Below are positions 18,909 through 27,912 of a stretch of 64,000 bases of DNA, piece by piece; position 1 is the stretch's first letter, and each line of letters opens with the position of its first letter. Below the pieces are notes generated by a model, which saw only the letters and a list, made by a program, of their open reading frames with translations, was not told the DNA's origin and did no database searches. The DNA lies in the NCBI GenBank assembly GCA_965238005.1, contig OZ250165.1:64001-128000 (forward strand), read 5' to 3'. The DNA comes from Longimicrobiales bacterium (GTDB lineage: Bacteria; Gemmatimonadota; Gemmatimonadetes; Longimicrobiales; Gaopeijiaceae). The position numbers were made by a program, and so were the translations under genes.

Positions 18909-21615
18909 CTAGGCGCCCTGGGCGGTGGACTCGAGGTCATCCCGCTCGAGGTCATGCAGCACGCCACGGATTCGCTCGATCAGCTCATCGTCTGAAAGTT
19001 TGTTCTCACCGGGATCTCCGAGGAGCTCCGTCAGCTCGTCCCGAAGGTGCTTGCCCGCGTACGCGGGGCGGCTTCCCAAGCCTTCCCAGATGGCCCGCGC
19101 GTCCTCCATATGTCCCGCGCCGATGAGGAAGAAGGCGAGGTCGTGGGCGCAGAACCACAATAGCGGCAGGTCTCCGGACACGATGAACGAGCGAAGCGCT
19201 CGAGAGAGTTGTACTCGCCCCCTGCCGGGCTCTTCCACACGGACGATGGCAGTCGCTGCTTGGGCCGCCGCAATGCCAGCGACCAGGGGGAGTCCGTGAC
19301 GCCCGGCGAGCTCGCATGATCGATCGAAGTTCCGCAGCGCGAGCTCGGGGTCGCTATCCGAATAGGCACGCCCCGTGGCGAAATACGCCCAGCCGAGGGC
19401 CGTGGTGTTCCCGGTCTCCTCCGCGGCCTCGAGCGCCTCGGCCGCGATGCGCTTAGCCTCGTCCATGCGCCCCGCCATCACCGCTTCTGTCGCCTCCAGG
19501 CTCTTGAGCGTCGTCGCCCAGGCCTGGTTCCCGGTGCGCACTACGCTCTCCACCGCACGCTGAATGACGTCGTCGATATCGGCGCTCCCCAAGACTGCCG
19601 CAACCGACCACCTAGCCCACGCTTGGAGGCACGCCTCATCGAGGTCGATGTTCTCGGAACGATCCATTCCGGACGCGAGCCGGGTCGCATCGTCGATTCG
19701 CCCACCCTGTGCGCGGAGGTGGACGGCGCGAGCCGGGTCGCATCGTCGATTCGCCCACCCTGTGCGCGTGGACGGCCACGGCCCGAGCGGGCGGCTCAGG
19801 GATGAGGGCCAGCGCCGCTTCGGCCCAGTTCCCCACCTCGTACCGTAGCGATTGCCACGCCCACCATTGGAGTGGTTTCAACAGCGCGCCCACGGCATCG
19901 CGGTCCTCGTTGTCGATCGCCGCATGGACGGCCGAGCGGAGATTCTCGAACTCGTGGCCGATAGCCCGGATCCAGGGGGCGTCATCCGGGCTCCAGAATC
20001 CGGTCCAAGCGTCCCGCATGAAGCTGGCGAACCACTGGACGTGCCGGTCTTGAACCTTCCCTCCTTCACCCGATGCGATCAACTGCTCCTCACCGAATTG
20101 CCGGAGCGTCTCGAGAAGCCTGTAGCGCGTTCCGTCTTCGGTGTCCGATGCCAGGACCATCGATCGGTCGACCAACGCGGCGATGGCCTCCTCGGCATCC
20201 AACGCGTCCATGTCGTCGCCGCTCGTAACTTCTTTGGCCGCTTCCAGCGTGAATCCCCCTGCGAACGCACTGAGTCGATCGAAGACGCGCTGTTCCAAGT
20301 CCTCGAGCAGCTCGTATGACCACGCGACCGTATTCCGCAGCGTCTGGTGACGCTCCTCACGACCTCTCCGGCTGCCCCGAAGGAGCCGGAAGCGATCGTC
20401 GAGGCGCTTCTCGATCTCTTCCGGGCTCAAACTCGCGCATCGGGCCGCCGCGAGCTCGATAGCTAAAGCAATGCCGTCCAGGCGAGCGCTCAGCCGGGCG
20501 AGCACCTCCGGGTCCATCTCGCTCTCGGAGCCCGCAGCCCTTGCCCGATCCCGGAATAGCTCCGCGCCCTCCGTGTCGCTCAAGGACTTCAGGCGCAGTA
20601 CCCGCTCGCCCCGGATCGCCAGGCTCTCGCGGCTCGTAGCGAGAATCCGGGCCGCCGGACATCGGGTGGTGACGGCGCTCGCGAGATCGGCCGCGACTTC
20701 GAGCACGTGTTCGCAGTTATCCAGGACGAGCAGGACCGAGCGGTGCCTCAACGAGTCGACCACGGACTCGGTGATCGACTTGCCCGGCTGCTGGACCGCA
20801 CCGATCACATCAGCGATCACATGAGGTACCGCCTCTTCAAGCGTCGCCGGGGCAAGCTCGGCCAGCCAAGCTCCATCACCAAAGCGTGGAAGTAGGCGAG
20901 TCGAGGCTTCGATCGCCAGCCGGGTCTTTCCCGTGCCGCCTGGTCCGGTGAGCGTCAGCAGATCAACGCCGTCGCCCAGTAGGTCAGTGATTTCAGTGAT
21001 CTCCCGCTCGCGGCCCACGAGCCGCGTCACCTGGATGGGGAGGTTAGTCAGTCGGTTCTCGAGGGTTCTGAGCGGCGGGAAGTCGCGCGGCAGCGCCGCG
21101 TGGAGGAGCTGGAATAGCCGGTCCGGCTCGCTCAGATCCTTGAGGCGATGCTCGCCGAGATCGAGGACCGCGAAGCCGGTGTCCTCTTCCTCGATCAGTC
21201 CACGCGTCGTGTGCGAAAGGAGAACCTGCCTGCCGTGCCCGGCCGCGCAGATGCGCGCCCCGCGGTGGACACCTACGCCGACGTAACCCTCGCTCGTCGC
21301 CGTCGCCTCGCAGGTGTGGATGCCCATGCGCACCCGGAGCTCTCGGCCGTCCGGCCACGCGTGCCCCGCGAATGTGCGTTGCGCCTCTACCGCGGCACGG
21401 ACGGCATCCTGCGCCCGTCTGAACGCTACGAAGAAAGCGTCCCCCTGCGTGTCGACCTCGTAGCCACCGTGCCGTGCGACCACGTCGCGCAGGAGCCGGC
21501 GGTGGCTCTCAAGTGCGTCCCGGTATCGATCAGCTCCCAGTTCCCGGAGTAGCTGGGTCGACCCCTCGATGTCCGTGAAGAGGAACGTGACAGTCCCGGT
21601 CGGGAGATCAGGCAT
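18909..21615 (-). pseudogene. Class III adenylate/guanylate cyclase + STAND-type ATPase + TPR protein, frameshifted
   Basis: FLFTDIEGST, QGDAF, RVRMGIH; Walker A GPGGTGKT; LVLDNCEH. Frame is broken by an internal duplication at 19674-19776. Confidence 0.85.
19674..19768. repeat. Exact 42-bp direct repeat (19674-19715, 19727-19768)
   Basis: cgcgagccgggtcgcatcgtcgattcgcccaccctgtgcgcg occurs twice with a 53-nt period. Confidence 0.95.
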
Positions 21616-21671
21616 CGTAGCGGCCTTCGAGGGCTGAGGTTAGGCGAGAGACGGGATCGGGCACGGGCGCA

Positions 21672-21725
21672 CTCCGGGATCAGTCCGTGGTCAACATCCG
21701 AGAGCGGTCCGGTGGGCGCAAGCAG
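21672..21725 (-). repeat. 54-bp dispersed repeat, copy 2 (promoter-like)
   Basis: ctccgggatcagtccgtggtcaacatccgagagcggtccggtgggcgcaagcag. Confidence 0.85.
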
Positions 21726-21961
21726 GACGTGCCCGAAGAGCCCGGTCTTCCCCCGAACACCGGCCTGTTGGTGCTTCAATGGGCCTGCTATTCAGGTCGT
21801 CGGCCGGCAGATCGTGCGCCCTAGCAAGGATCATGCGGTTTCTTTCCAAGTCCTCAACGAGACCTCATATCGTCGACAAAACTCTGGCCGTCCGGCCTCG
21901 ACCTTGCAAACGCCCCGGGCCGATTCAACCTTGCTCCCTTCTCTTGGACCGGGAGAGTTAG

Positions 21962-23875
21962 GTGAACCTCGTCTCACCAACAGTCACGAAATGGATCGAG
22001 GACGGGCAACGGGATCCCGAGGCGTTTTGGGAACGGGCCGCGCAGGCGCTGCCGTGGTTCCGAACTTGGGACCGCGTCTACGATGCGGATCCACCGACGT
22101 TCCGTTGGTTCGTGGGTGCCGAGACCAACATCGCGTACAACGCGTTGGACCATCATGTGGCGGAGGGGAACGGCGACCGAGACGCCCTGATCTACTTCAA
22201 CGAGCGCGGCGACAGAGCCGTGTTCACATACGTCCAACTCCTTCACGAGGTAACCCGGGTGGCGGCCGCCTTGCGCGGCCTCGGGGTCGGAAAGGGCGAC
22301 CGTGTGACCCTCTCGATGCCGACGTGCCCCGAGGCGGTCATGCTCATGCTGGCCAGCATGAGGATCGGTGCGATTCACTCGGTGGTCTTTGCGGGATTCG
22401 GAGCGCAGGCGCTCGCGGATCGGATTTCGGCCAGTGGTTCCCGCGTGGTGTTCACGGCCGACATCACCTACCGCAAGGGCAAGGAGGTCCCGCTCAAGCC
22501 ACTCGTAGACGATGCACTGCGGTCGGGCGGGGACGAGGTGGAGCACGTGGTCGTGGTGCAGCGGTCCGCCGTCCCGGAGTCCCTCGACGGCGACCGTGAC
22601 ATCTCCTGGGATGCCTTTCTCGCCGGCGCCGAGGGCCAGTCCGGCGACTGGGAATCGATGGAGGCGAACGAGCCGGCCTTCATCCTCGCTACCTCCGGAA
22701 CGACCGCCAAACCCAAGCTGGCGATCCACAGACACGGCGGCTACCAGGTGCACGTGGTCGCGATGGGACGGTGGTGCTTCGGGCTGAAGCCCTCCGACGT
22801 GTGGTGGGCCACATCCGATATCGGCTGGATCGTGGGGCACAGCTACATGGTGTACGGTCCGCTGCTTATCGGCTGTGCGACGATCGTCTTCGAGGGCGCG
22901 CTCGACTATCCGGAGCCCGAGGGCAACTGGCGCACCGCCGTCGAGGAATTCGGGGCCACCGGGATCTTCACGTCGCCCACGGCGGTCAGGGCGCTCATGC
23001 GTTACGGCGACGACCCTCTCAAGAGCGTCGATCACTCGAGGCTCGAACGAGTGGTCTCCGCCGGGGAAGTCCTCAACGCACCGGCCTGGGACTGGCTCCA
23101 GAACACGATTCTAGCGGGCCGCGTACCCGTCATCGACCACATGTGGCAGACGGAGACGGGCGGGCCGGCGTTCGGCAATCCGTACGGGATCGAGATGCTC
23201 CCCATCAAGCCGGGCTCAGCCGCGATTCCGCTCCCGGGCATCGACGCAGGTGTCGTCAGGACCGATGGCACGCCGTGCGAAGTCGGGGAGTCAGGGATCA
23301 TGGTGTTCAAGCGTCCCTTCCCGGGCCTGACCGCCGCGCTGTGGGGTGAGCCGGAGCGGTACGGCCGCGACTACTGGGAGAAAGTCCCCGGCCTCTACTA
23401 CAGCGGCAACTCGGCACGCGTCGACGAGGACGGTTACTACTGGTTCACGGGTCGAGCCGATGAGGTCATCAAGATCGCCGCGCACCGGATGGGCGCCATC
23501 GAGGTGGAGAGTGCCTGTCTCAAGCATCCGGCTGTGGCCGAGTGCGGGGTGGTCGGACGCCCTGACGAACTCCGCGGGGAGGTGATCGCGGGCTTCGTCG
23601 TGCTCAAGAACGATCAGACTCCGTCCGACGAGCTCCGCCAGGCTCTGATCGACACGATTCGGCACGAGCTCGGCCCGATCGCGGTCATCGGTGAGCTCAA
23701 CTTCGTCTCGCTACTACCCAAGACCCGCAGCGGGAAGATCATGCGGCGCGTGTTGAAGGCGGTGGTCCTGGCCCAGGATCCGGGCGACATCACGACGATC
23801 GAAGACGAGGGGTCCGTCGAGGAGGCTCGACGGGCCTGGAAACGGATGAAGGACGAGATGGGGCAGGAAGCATGA
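21962..23875 (+). CDS. acs: Acetate/propionate-CoA ligase family
   Basis: IHSVVFAGF, TSGTTAKPK, DIGWIVGHSY, DHMWQTETG, GRADEVIK, PKTRSGKIMRR. Confidence 0.88.
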   Translation: MNLVSPTVTKWIEDGQRDPEAFWERAAQALPWFRTWDRVYDADPPTFRWFVGAETNIAYNALDHHVAEGNGDRDALIYFNERGDRAVFTYVQLLHEVTRVAAALRGLGVGKGDRVTLSMPTCPEAVMLMLASMRIGAIHSVVFAGFGAQALADRISASGSRVVFTADITYRKGKEVPLKPLVDDALRSGGDEVEHVVVVQRSAVPESLDGDRDISWDAFLAGAEGQSGDWESMEANEPAFILATSGTTAKPKLAIHRHGGYQVHVVAMGRWCFGLKPSDVWWATSDIGWIVGHSYMVYGPLLIGCATIVFEGALDYPEPEGNWRTAVEEFGATGIFTSPTAVRALMRYGDDPLKSVDHSRLERVVSAGEVLNAPAWDWLQNTILAGRVPVIDHMWQTETGGPAFGNPYGIEMLPIKPGSAAIPLPGIDAGVVRTDGTPCEVGESGIMVFKRPFPGLTAALWGEPERYGRDYWEKVPGLYYSGNSARVDEDGYYWFTGRADEVIKIAAHRMGAIEVESACLKHPAVAECGVVGRPDELRGEVIAGFVVLKNDQTPSDELRQALIDTIRHELGPIAVIGELNFVSLLPKTRSGKIMRRVLKAVVLAQDPGDITTIEDEGSVEEARRAWKRMKDEMGQEA

Positions 23876-24864
23876 GCGAATTCGACGCGTACCGGATCTT
23901 CGAGGAGGAAGGCGAGATCGAAGGTCGACTCGTGAAGGCCAACCTCGACGAGCTCAGCCCGGGCGACGTGGTCATCCGGACCGCCTGGTCTAGCGTCAAT
24001 TACAAGGACGCCTTGGCGGCCACCGGTGCCGGGAAGATCATCCGCGACTTTCCGTTGATTGGGGGCATCGACCTCGCGGGGTCGGTGGTCTCGAGCACGG
24101 ACTCCTCGTTCGCCGTGGGGGACGACGTGCTCGTCACCGGCTATGATCTCGGCGTCGGTCACGATGGCGGGTTCGCGGAGTACGCCCGGGTACCGGCCGA
24201 GTGGGTCGTCCTTGTCCCCGAGGGCCTGACAACGTTCGACGTGATGGCGATCGGCACGGCCGGCTTCACCGCGGCGCTGTCCATCGTCCGGATGGAGCGA
24301 ATCGGTCTGTCACCCGTGGACGGTCCGGTCATCGTCACGGGCGCTACCGGGGGCGTGGGGAGCGTCGCGGTGGAGCTGCTCGCTACCCTCGGCTATGACG
24401 TCACCGCGCTCACCGGCAAGGACAGCGAGCATGACCATCTGCGCTCGCTCGGGGCCAAGGAAGTGCTTTCCAGGCACGAGCTCGAGATGGGCACGCGCCC
24501 GCTCGGGAAGTCCACGTGGGCCGGAGCCGTCGACCCGGTAGGTGGCGACATCTTAGCCTGGCTGACACGAACCATGAAGTACGGCGGATGTATCTCCAGC
24601 TCGGGGCTCACGGCTGGCATCGACCTCAACACCACGGTCCTGCCATTCATCCTCAGGGGCGTGAGCCTTCTCGGTATCGACTCGGCCATGTGCCCCATGG
24701 AGCAACGACGTGAGGTGTGGCAACGGCTGGCGACGCACATGAAGCCGGCCCGCCTGCCGACGCTCGCTGAGGAGATTACCCTCGCGGGTCTTCCGGGGGC
24801 GTTCTCGACGATGCTGGCCGGTGAGGCCCGCGGACGTAAGGTCGTGAAGATCGCACCCTATTGA
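23872..24864 (+). CDS. acuI: YhdH/AcuI-family acryloyl-CoA reductase (MDR)
   Basis: SSVNYKDAL, GTAGFTA, TGATGGVGS, TVLPFILRGVSLLGIDS; ATGA overlap with acs. Confidence 0.85.
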   Translation: MSEFDAYRIFEEEGEIEGRLVKANLDELSPGDVVIRTAWSSVNYKDALAATGAGKIIRDFPLIGGIDLAGSVVSSTDSSFAVGDDVLVTGYDLGVGHDGGFAEYARVPAEWVVLVPEGLTTFDVMAIGTAGFTAALSIVRMERIGLSPVDGPVIVTGATGGVGSVAVELLATLGYDVTALTGKDSEHDHLRSLGAKEVLSRHELEMGTRPLGKSTWAGAVDPVGGDILAWLTRTMKYGGCISSSGLTAGIDLNTTVLPFILRGVSLLGIDSAMCPMEQRREVWQRLATHMKPARLPTLAEEITLAGLPGAFSTMLAGEARGRKVVKIAPY

Positions 24865-24870
24865 ATCGCA

Positions 24871-24967
24871 CGACCTGACCCAAAAGATACGCACGCCTGC
24901 CCTGTCGAACCTCACTCCCGTCGCAGCGTCCATCCGGCCCGATGAACCGAAACGGCCTGAGCCTGAG
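24871..24967. repeat. Diverged copy of 30635-30732 (3' end and downstream flank of the protease gene)
   Basis: 9 mismatches and 1 gap over 98 nt by manual alignment. Confidence 0.9.
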
Positions 24968-24975
24968 CCACCCTC

Positions 24976-25296
24976 CTACTCCGCGCCGAGCTCGCTCCGA
25001 AGCTCTTCGAGAGCATCGGGAAGACTCTCACGACCCGGGACGAGCGCAAACTCCGCAGCCCAGCGATGGAGATAGTCCCAATCCAGTTCGAGTCCCTTGC
25101 GCCTGACCACCCCGACGGCGTCCTCGATGTCGCGGGGACGCCCTGCGGGACCAACCCCGAGCGTGACGTCCACGTCTTGCGTCAAGCGCGGTTCGCCGTG
25201 CAGGAGGACGGCCTGCCCCCCGATGATCATGAAGGGCACCTCCCGCTCCTCCAGAACTCGCGAGAGACGTGAGAGCAGCGCCTTGAAGTCAGGCAT
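24976..25296 (-). pseudogene. Nucleotidyltransferase (AbiEii-like/TA toxin type) with an internal in-frame deletion
   Basis: IGGQAVLLHGEPRLTQDVD joined almost directly to the C-terminal GRPRDIED..LDWDYL motif; only 106 aa. Confidence 0.65.
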
Positions 25297-25642
25297 CCGG
25301 CGGGAGCCCATTGATGGCTCGTGCGACAGCTAGGTCGGGAACGAGATCGGCCTTCCAATCGCCAGGGCTCGGGTGAGGATCGGATCAAGGACGCTTCCCG
25401 TTGAAAGGCACCGGTCGAACCGTGCCTCCATAAGATAGCTGTCTTTTCACCCTCCGGCCCGAAGGAGCGATGTCGACGCCGTCCTGTTCCAATACTCAGC
25501 CGGCGGCTATTCGTTGTCGGGATAGCCGCTGACCGGAGATTCGACTGCAGTCGACCTTCTGCTATTCAGGTGTCTCTTGCGGCAGTTCCAGGAGGAGTCC
25601 AGATACGTTTGTCAGGCGGCAGGCGCTGCATTACAGGACGGC

Positions 25643-26725
25643 CTAGCCTCTAGATGCCAGCGCTCTGAGTCGCTGCTCCGCATCCGCGGCTAATTGGCGG
25701 GTCAGATCGCCGGCGCCGATTTCGCGGCCGAGGCTTGCCGCTTGTCCTGACCACAGCAAAGAGAAATCGCGGGACCCTGCCGCCTCTGCTTTTGCTTTCA
25801 GCGGCGCCAGGGCCCTACCAGCTGTCGGGAACGCTGGCGCCCGGTCCGACATCGGCCCGACCTCCCGCATGACTCGATTCATTAGCCCCCGCGCCGGTCT
25901 GCCGGAAAAAACGTTCGTCAATGCAGTTTGATCATCACGCGCGGCGCGTAGTGCAGCGCGCTGTAGATCCGTGATCAACGACTCCGGCGTGAAAAGGTAA
26001 GCGGTGCCGATTTGAGCGCCTGCCGCGCCGAGAGCGAAAGCCGCCGCAATGCCCCGCCCGTCGGCAATCCCGCCGGCGGCGATCACCGGCACCTTTACTG
26101 CATCGACGACCTGCGGCACCAGGGCAAAAGTTCCTGGCTGTGTGGCGATATCGTCTGTCAGAAACATGCCACGATGACCGCCCGCCTTGTACCCCTGGGC
26201 AACAATCGCATCGCAACCATGGTCTTCGAGCCACCGTGCTTCTTCCACCGTGGTCGCAGAGCTGAGCACTAGGCAGCCAGACGCCTTGACACGGCCTAGG
26301 AGCGCCTGTTCGGGTAGCCCGTAATGAAAGCTGACAACTTCCGGTTTGTGCTCTTCGACGACTTCGCACGTCGCCTCATCGAAAGGGGCGCGATGGACGG
26401 CAGGCGCGGAGGCAGAGGCGTCTATACCAAGCTCGGTATAGTACGCTGCCAGCCGCTCCTTCCATGCTGCATCGCGACCGGGATCCGGTTCGGGCGGTAC
26501 ATGACAGAAGAAGTTGACGTTCAAAGGCTTGGTCGTGTGTCGCCGTACGACCCCGATCTCTGCCCGCGCTTTGGCTGCGTCGAGCATGCCATAAGGCAGC
26601 GACCCGAGTCCGCCCGCCTCGCTGGCGGCAATCGCCATTGCCGGCCCGTTCGCCCCCGCCAAAGGAGCCTGAATAATCGGTAGTTCAATACCGATTAGAT
26701 CGAGCAACCTGCGATCAGGCCACAT
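25643..26725 (-). CDS. Nitronate monooxygenase (2-nitropropane dioxygenase) family
   Basis: PIIQAP.AG, GGLGSL, NVNFF, AGGHRG, IAAGGIADGRG, GTAYL, LWSGQ; visibly more AT-rich than its neighbours. Confidence 0.9.
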   Translation of the reverse strand: MWPDRRLLDLIGIELPIIQAPLAGANGPAMAIAASEAGGLGSLPYGMLDAAKARAEIGVVRRHTTKPLNVNFFCHVPPEPDPGRDAAWKERLAAYYTELGIDASASAPAVHRAPFDEATCEVVEEHKPEVVSFHYGLPEQALLGRVKASGCLVLSSATTVEEARWLEDHGCDAIVAQGYKAGGHRGMFLTDDIATQPGTFALVPQVVDAVKVPVIAAGGIADGRGIAAAFALGAAGAQIGTAYLFTPESLITDLQRAALRAARDDQTALTNVFSGRPARGLMNRVMREVGPMSDRAPAFPTAGRALAPLKAKAEAAGSRDFSLLWSGQAASLGREIGAGDLTRQLAADAEQRLRALASRG

Positions 26726-26810
26726 GGATTCCACTCCTTTTCCTGCGATCCAATATTCTCCATTTTCAGGTCTCTGCGGCGGCTGGTTCATGACCTGACG
26801 TTCGCGGTAG

Positions 26811-26900
26811 AGAGCTCAGGCTCAGGACCCCTGAGCACGACGCTGCGGTTGTGCCTCAGGTCCTGGGCCAGGAGACCGTGGCCATCCCTCCTTCACCTAA
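26811..26900 (-). pseudogene. Decayed Ser/Thr kinase 5' fragment
   Basis: LGEGGMATV, frameshift, LAQDLRHNRSVVL, frameshift, VL..EL: kinase subdomains I-II. Confidence 0.65.
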
Positions 26901-27654
26901 GAACGGCAGATCGTGCGCGGTCGACACTCTCCGCCAACTCCCAGCGCACGTCGCGGAGCCAGACCTCGGCTCGAGCACCCAGCTGATCCGTATCGGCCAT
27001 CAGCCCCACTGCACTGATTTCGTCGGGGTCGCGGTCGAAGGCCCGACGAAAGTCCTCGTCCGGGTTTCGGCGTTCCGTGAGCCACCGCCCCGTGCCGTCT
27101 TGCGAGTTGCGCAGCACAACCACCGCGATCCGGTCGCTCACGTGCGAGACGAAGGTGTCGCCCCTGGGCTCTCGGCCACCCCACGTGTAGAAGATCAACC
27201 GCCGGCGCCCGAAGAGCCCGCCGCCGCCGAACGCGACGAAGAATCGGGCTGGTGCGTCGTCGAGCTCGGCTTCCCGCAGGACGACACCGGTGAGGTGACG
27301 ATCTACGCGCCAGCGCCACGAAAGGAAGCCGTCGCCGGGCCGAAGATGATCGTCCAGCTCGAGCCAGGCCTGACCGGCCGCGTCCTCGGCGACCATCCTG
27401 ATCGCCTTCCCGGGGGGCGCTCCCGCGTCAGCGTCCGTACGAACGACGCTGGTCAGGGGTGGAGCTTCGTCCCCGACTGTACGGAGGCTCCATCCGGGGG
27501 GCAGCGCATCGCCGATCTCGGCCTCGGCGAGGCGGTCGAGCGAGGCGGAAGCCTGTGGCGAGGCTGACTCTTCGACGCTTGGTGGCCCGAGCAGGATGGC
27601 GCCCAGGGTCGCGAGCATCACTGTCCTGGGGCCGTCGATCGACAACGTGAACAC
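26893..27654 (-). CDS. DUF3047-like exported protein
   Basis: LSWRWRV, DDAPARFFVAF, FYTWG, WLTERRN..DFRRAF, MADTDQ. Confidence 0.75.
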   Translation of the reverse strand: MFTLSIDGPRTVMLATLGAILLGPPSVEESASPQASASLDRLAEAEIGDALPPGWSLRTVGDEAPPLTSVVRTDADAGAPPGKAIRMVAEDAAGQAWLELDDHLRPGDGFLSWRWRVDRHLTGVVLREAELDDAPARFFVAFGGGGLFGRRRLIFYTWGGREPRGDTFVSHVSDRIAVVVLRNSQDGTGRWLTERRNPDEDFRRAFDRDPDEISAVGLMADTDQLGARAEVWLRDVRWELAESVDRARSAVLR

Positions 27655-27912
27655 GTTGATTCCCTTCAGTCGCGTTACGCGTGCCTACCTAGCCGCCACT
27701 GGACGTCGTCGTCTCCCATTCGGACAGGTCGTCCCTGATCACGGGCACGTCCAAGTGCTCTTCGAGCAGCTGGAAGCGACGCTGCTCCTCGCGCTCGAAG
27801 GTCTCCCTATCGGGATAGAGCGGTGGCACAGCCACCGTCGTAAGCTCGCCACGGATCTCAAGGAGACACCCCTGACAGATATGTGTGCCCTGGTGAGGAT
27901 GGCGGCGGCCGA

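Noticed and set aside
21785..25585. Short shared motif CTGCTATTCAGGT..CGGCAG at about 21785 and 25559
   Set aside because: Only 13 nt of exact identity in two copies; too weak to call a repeat family without a search.
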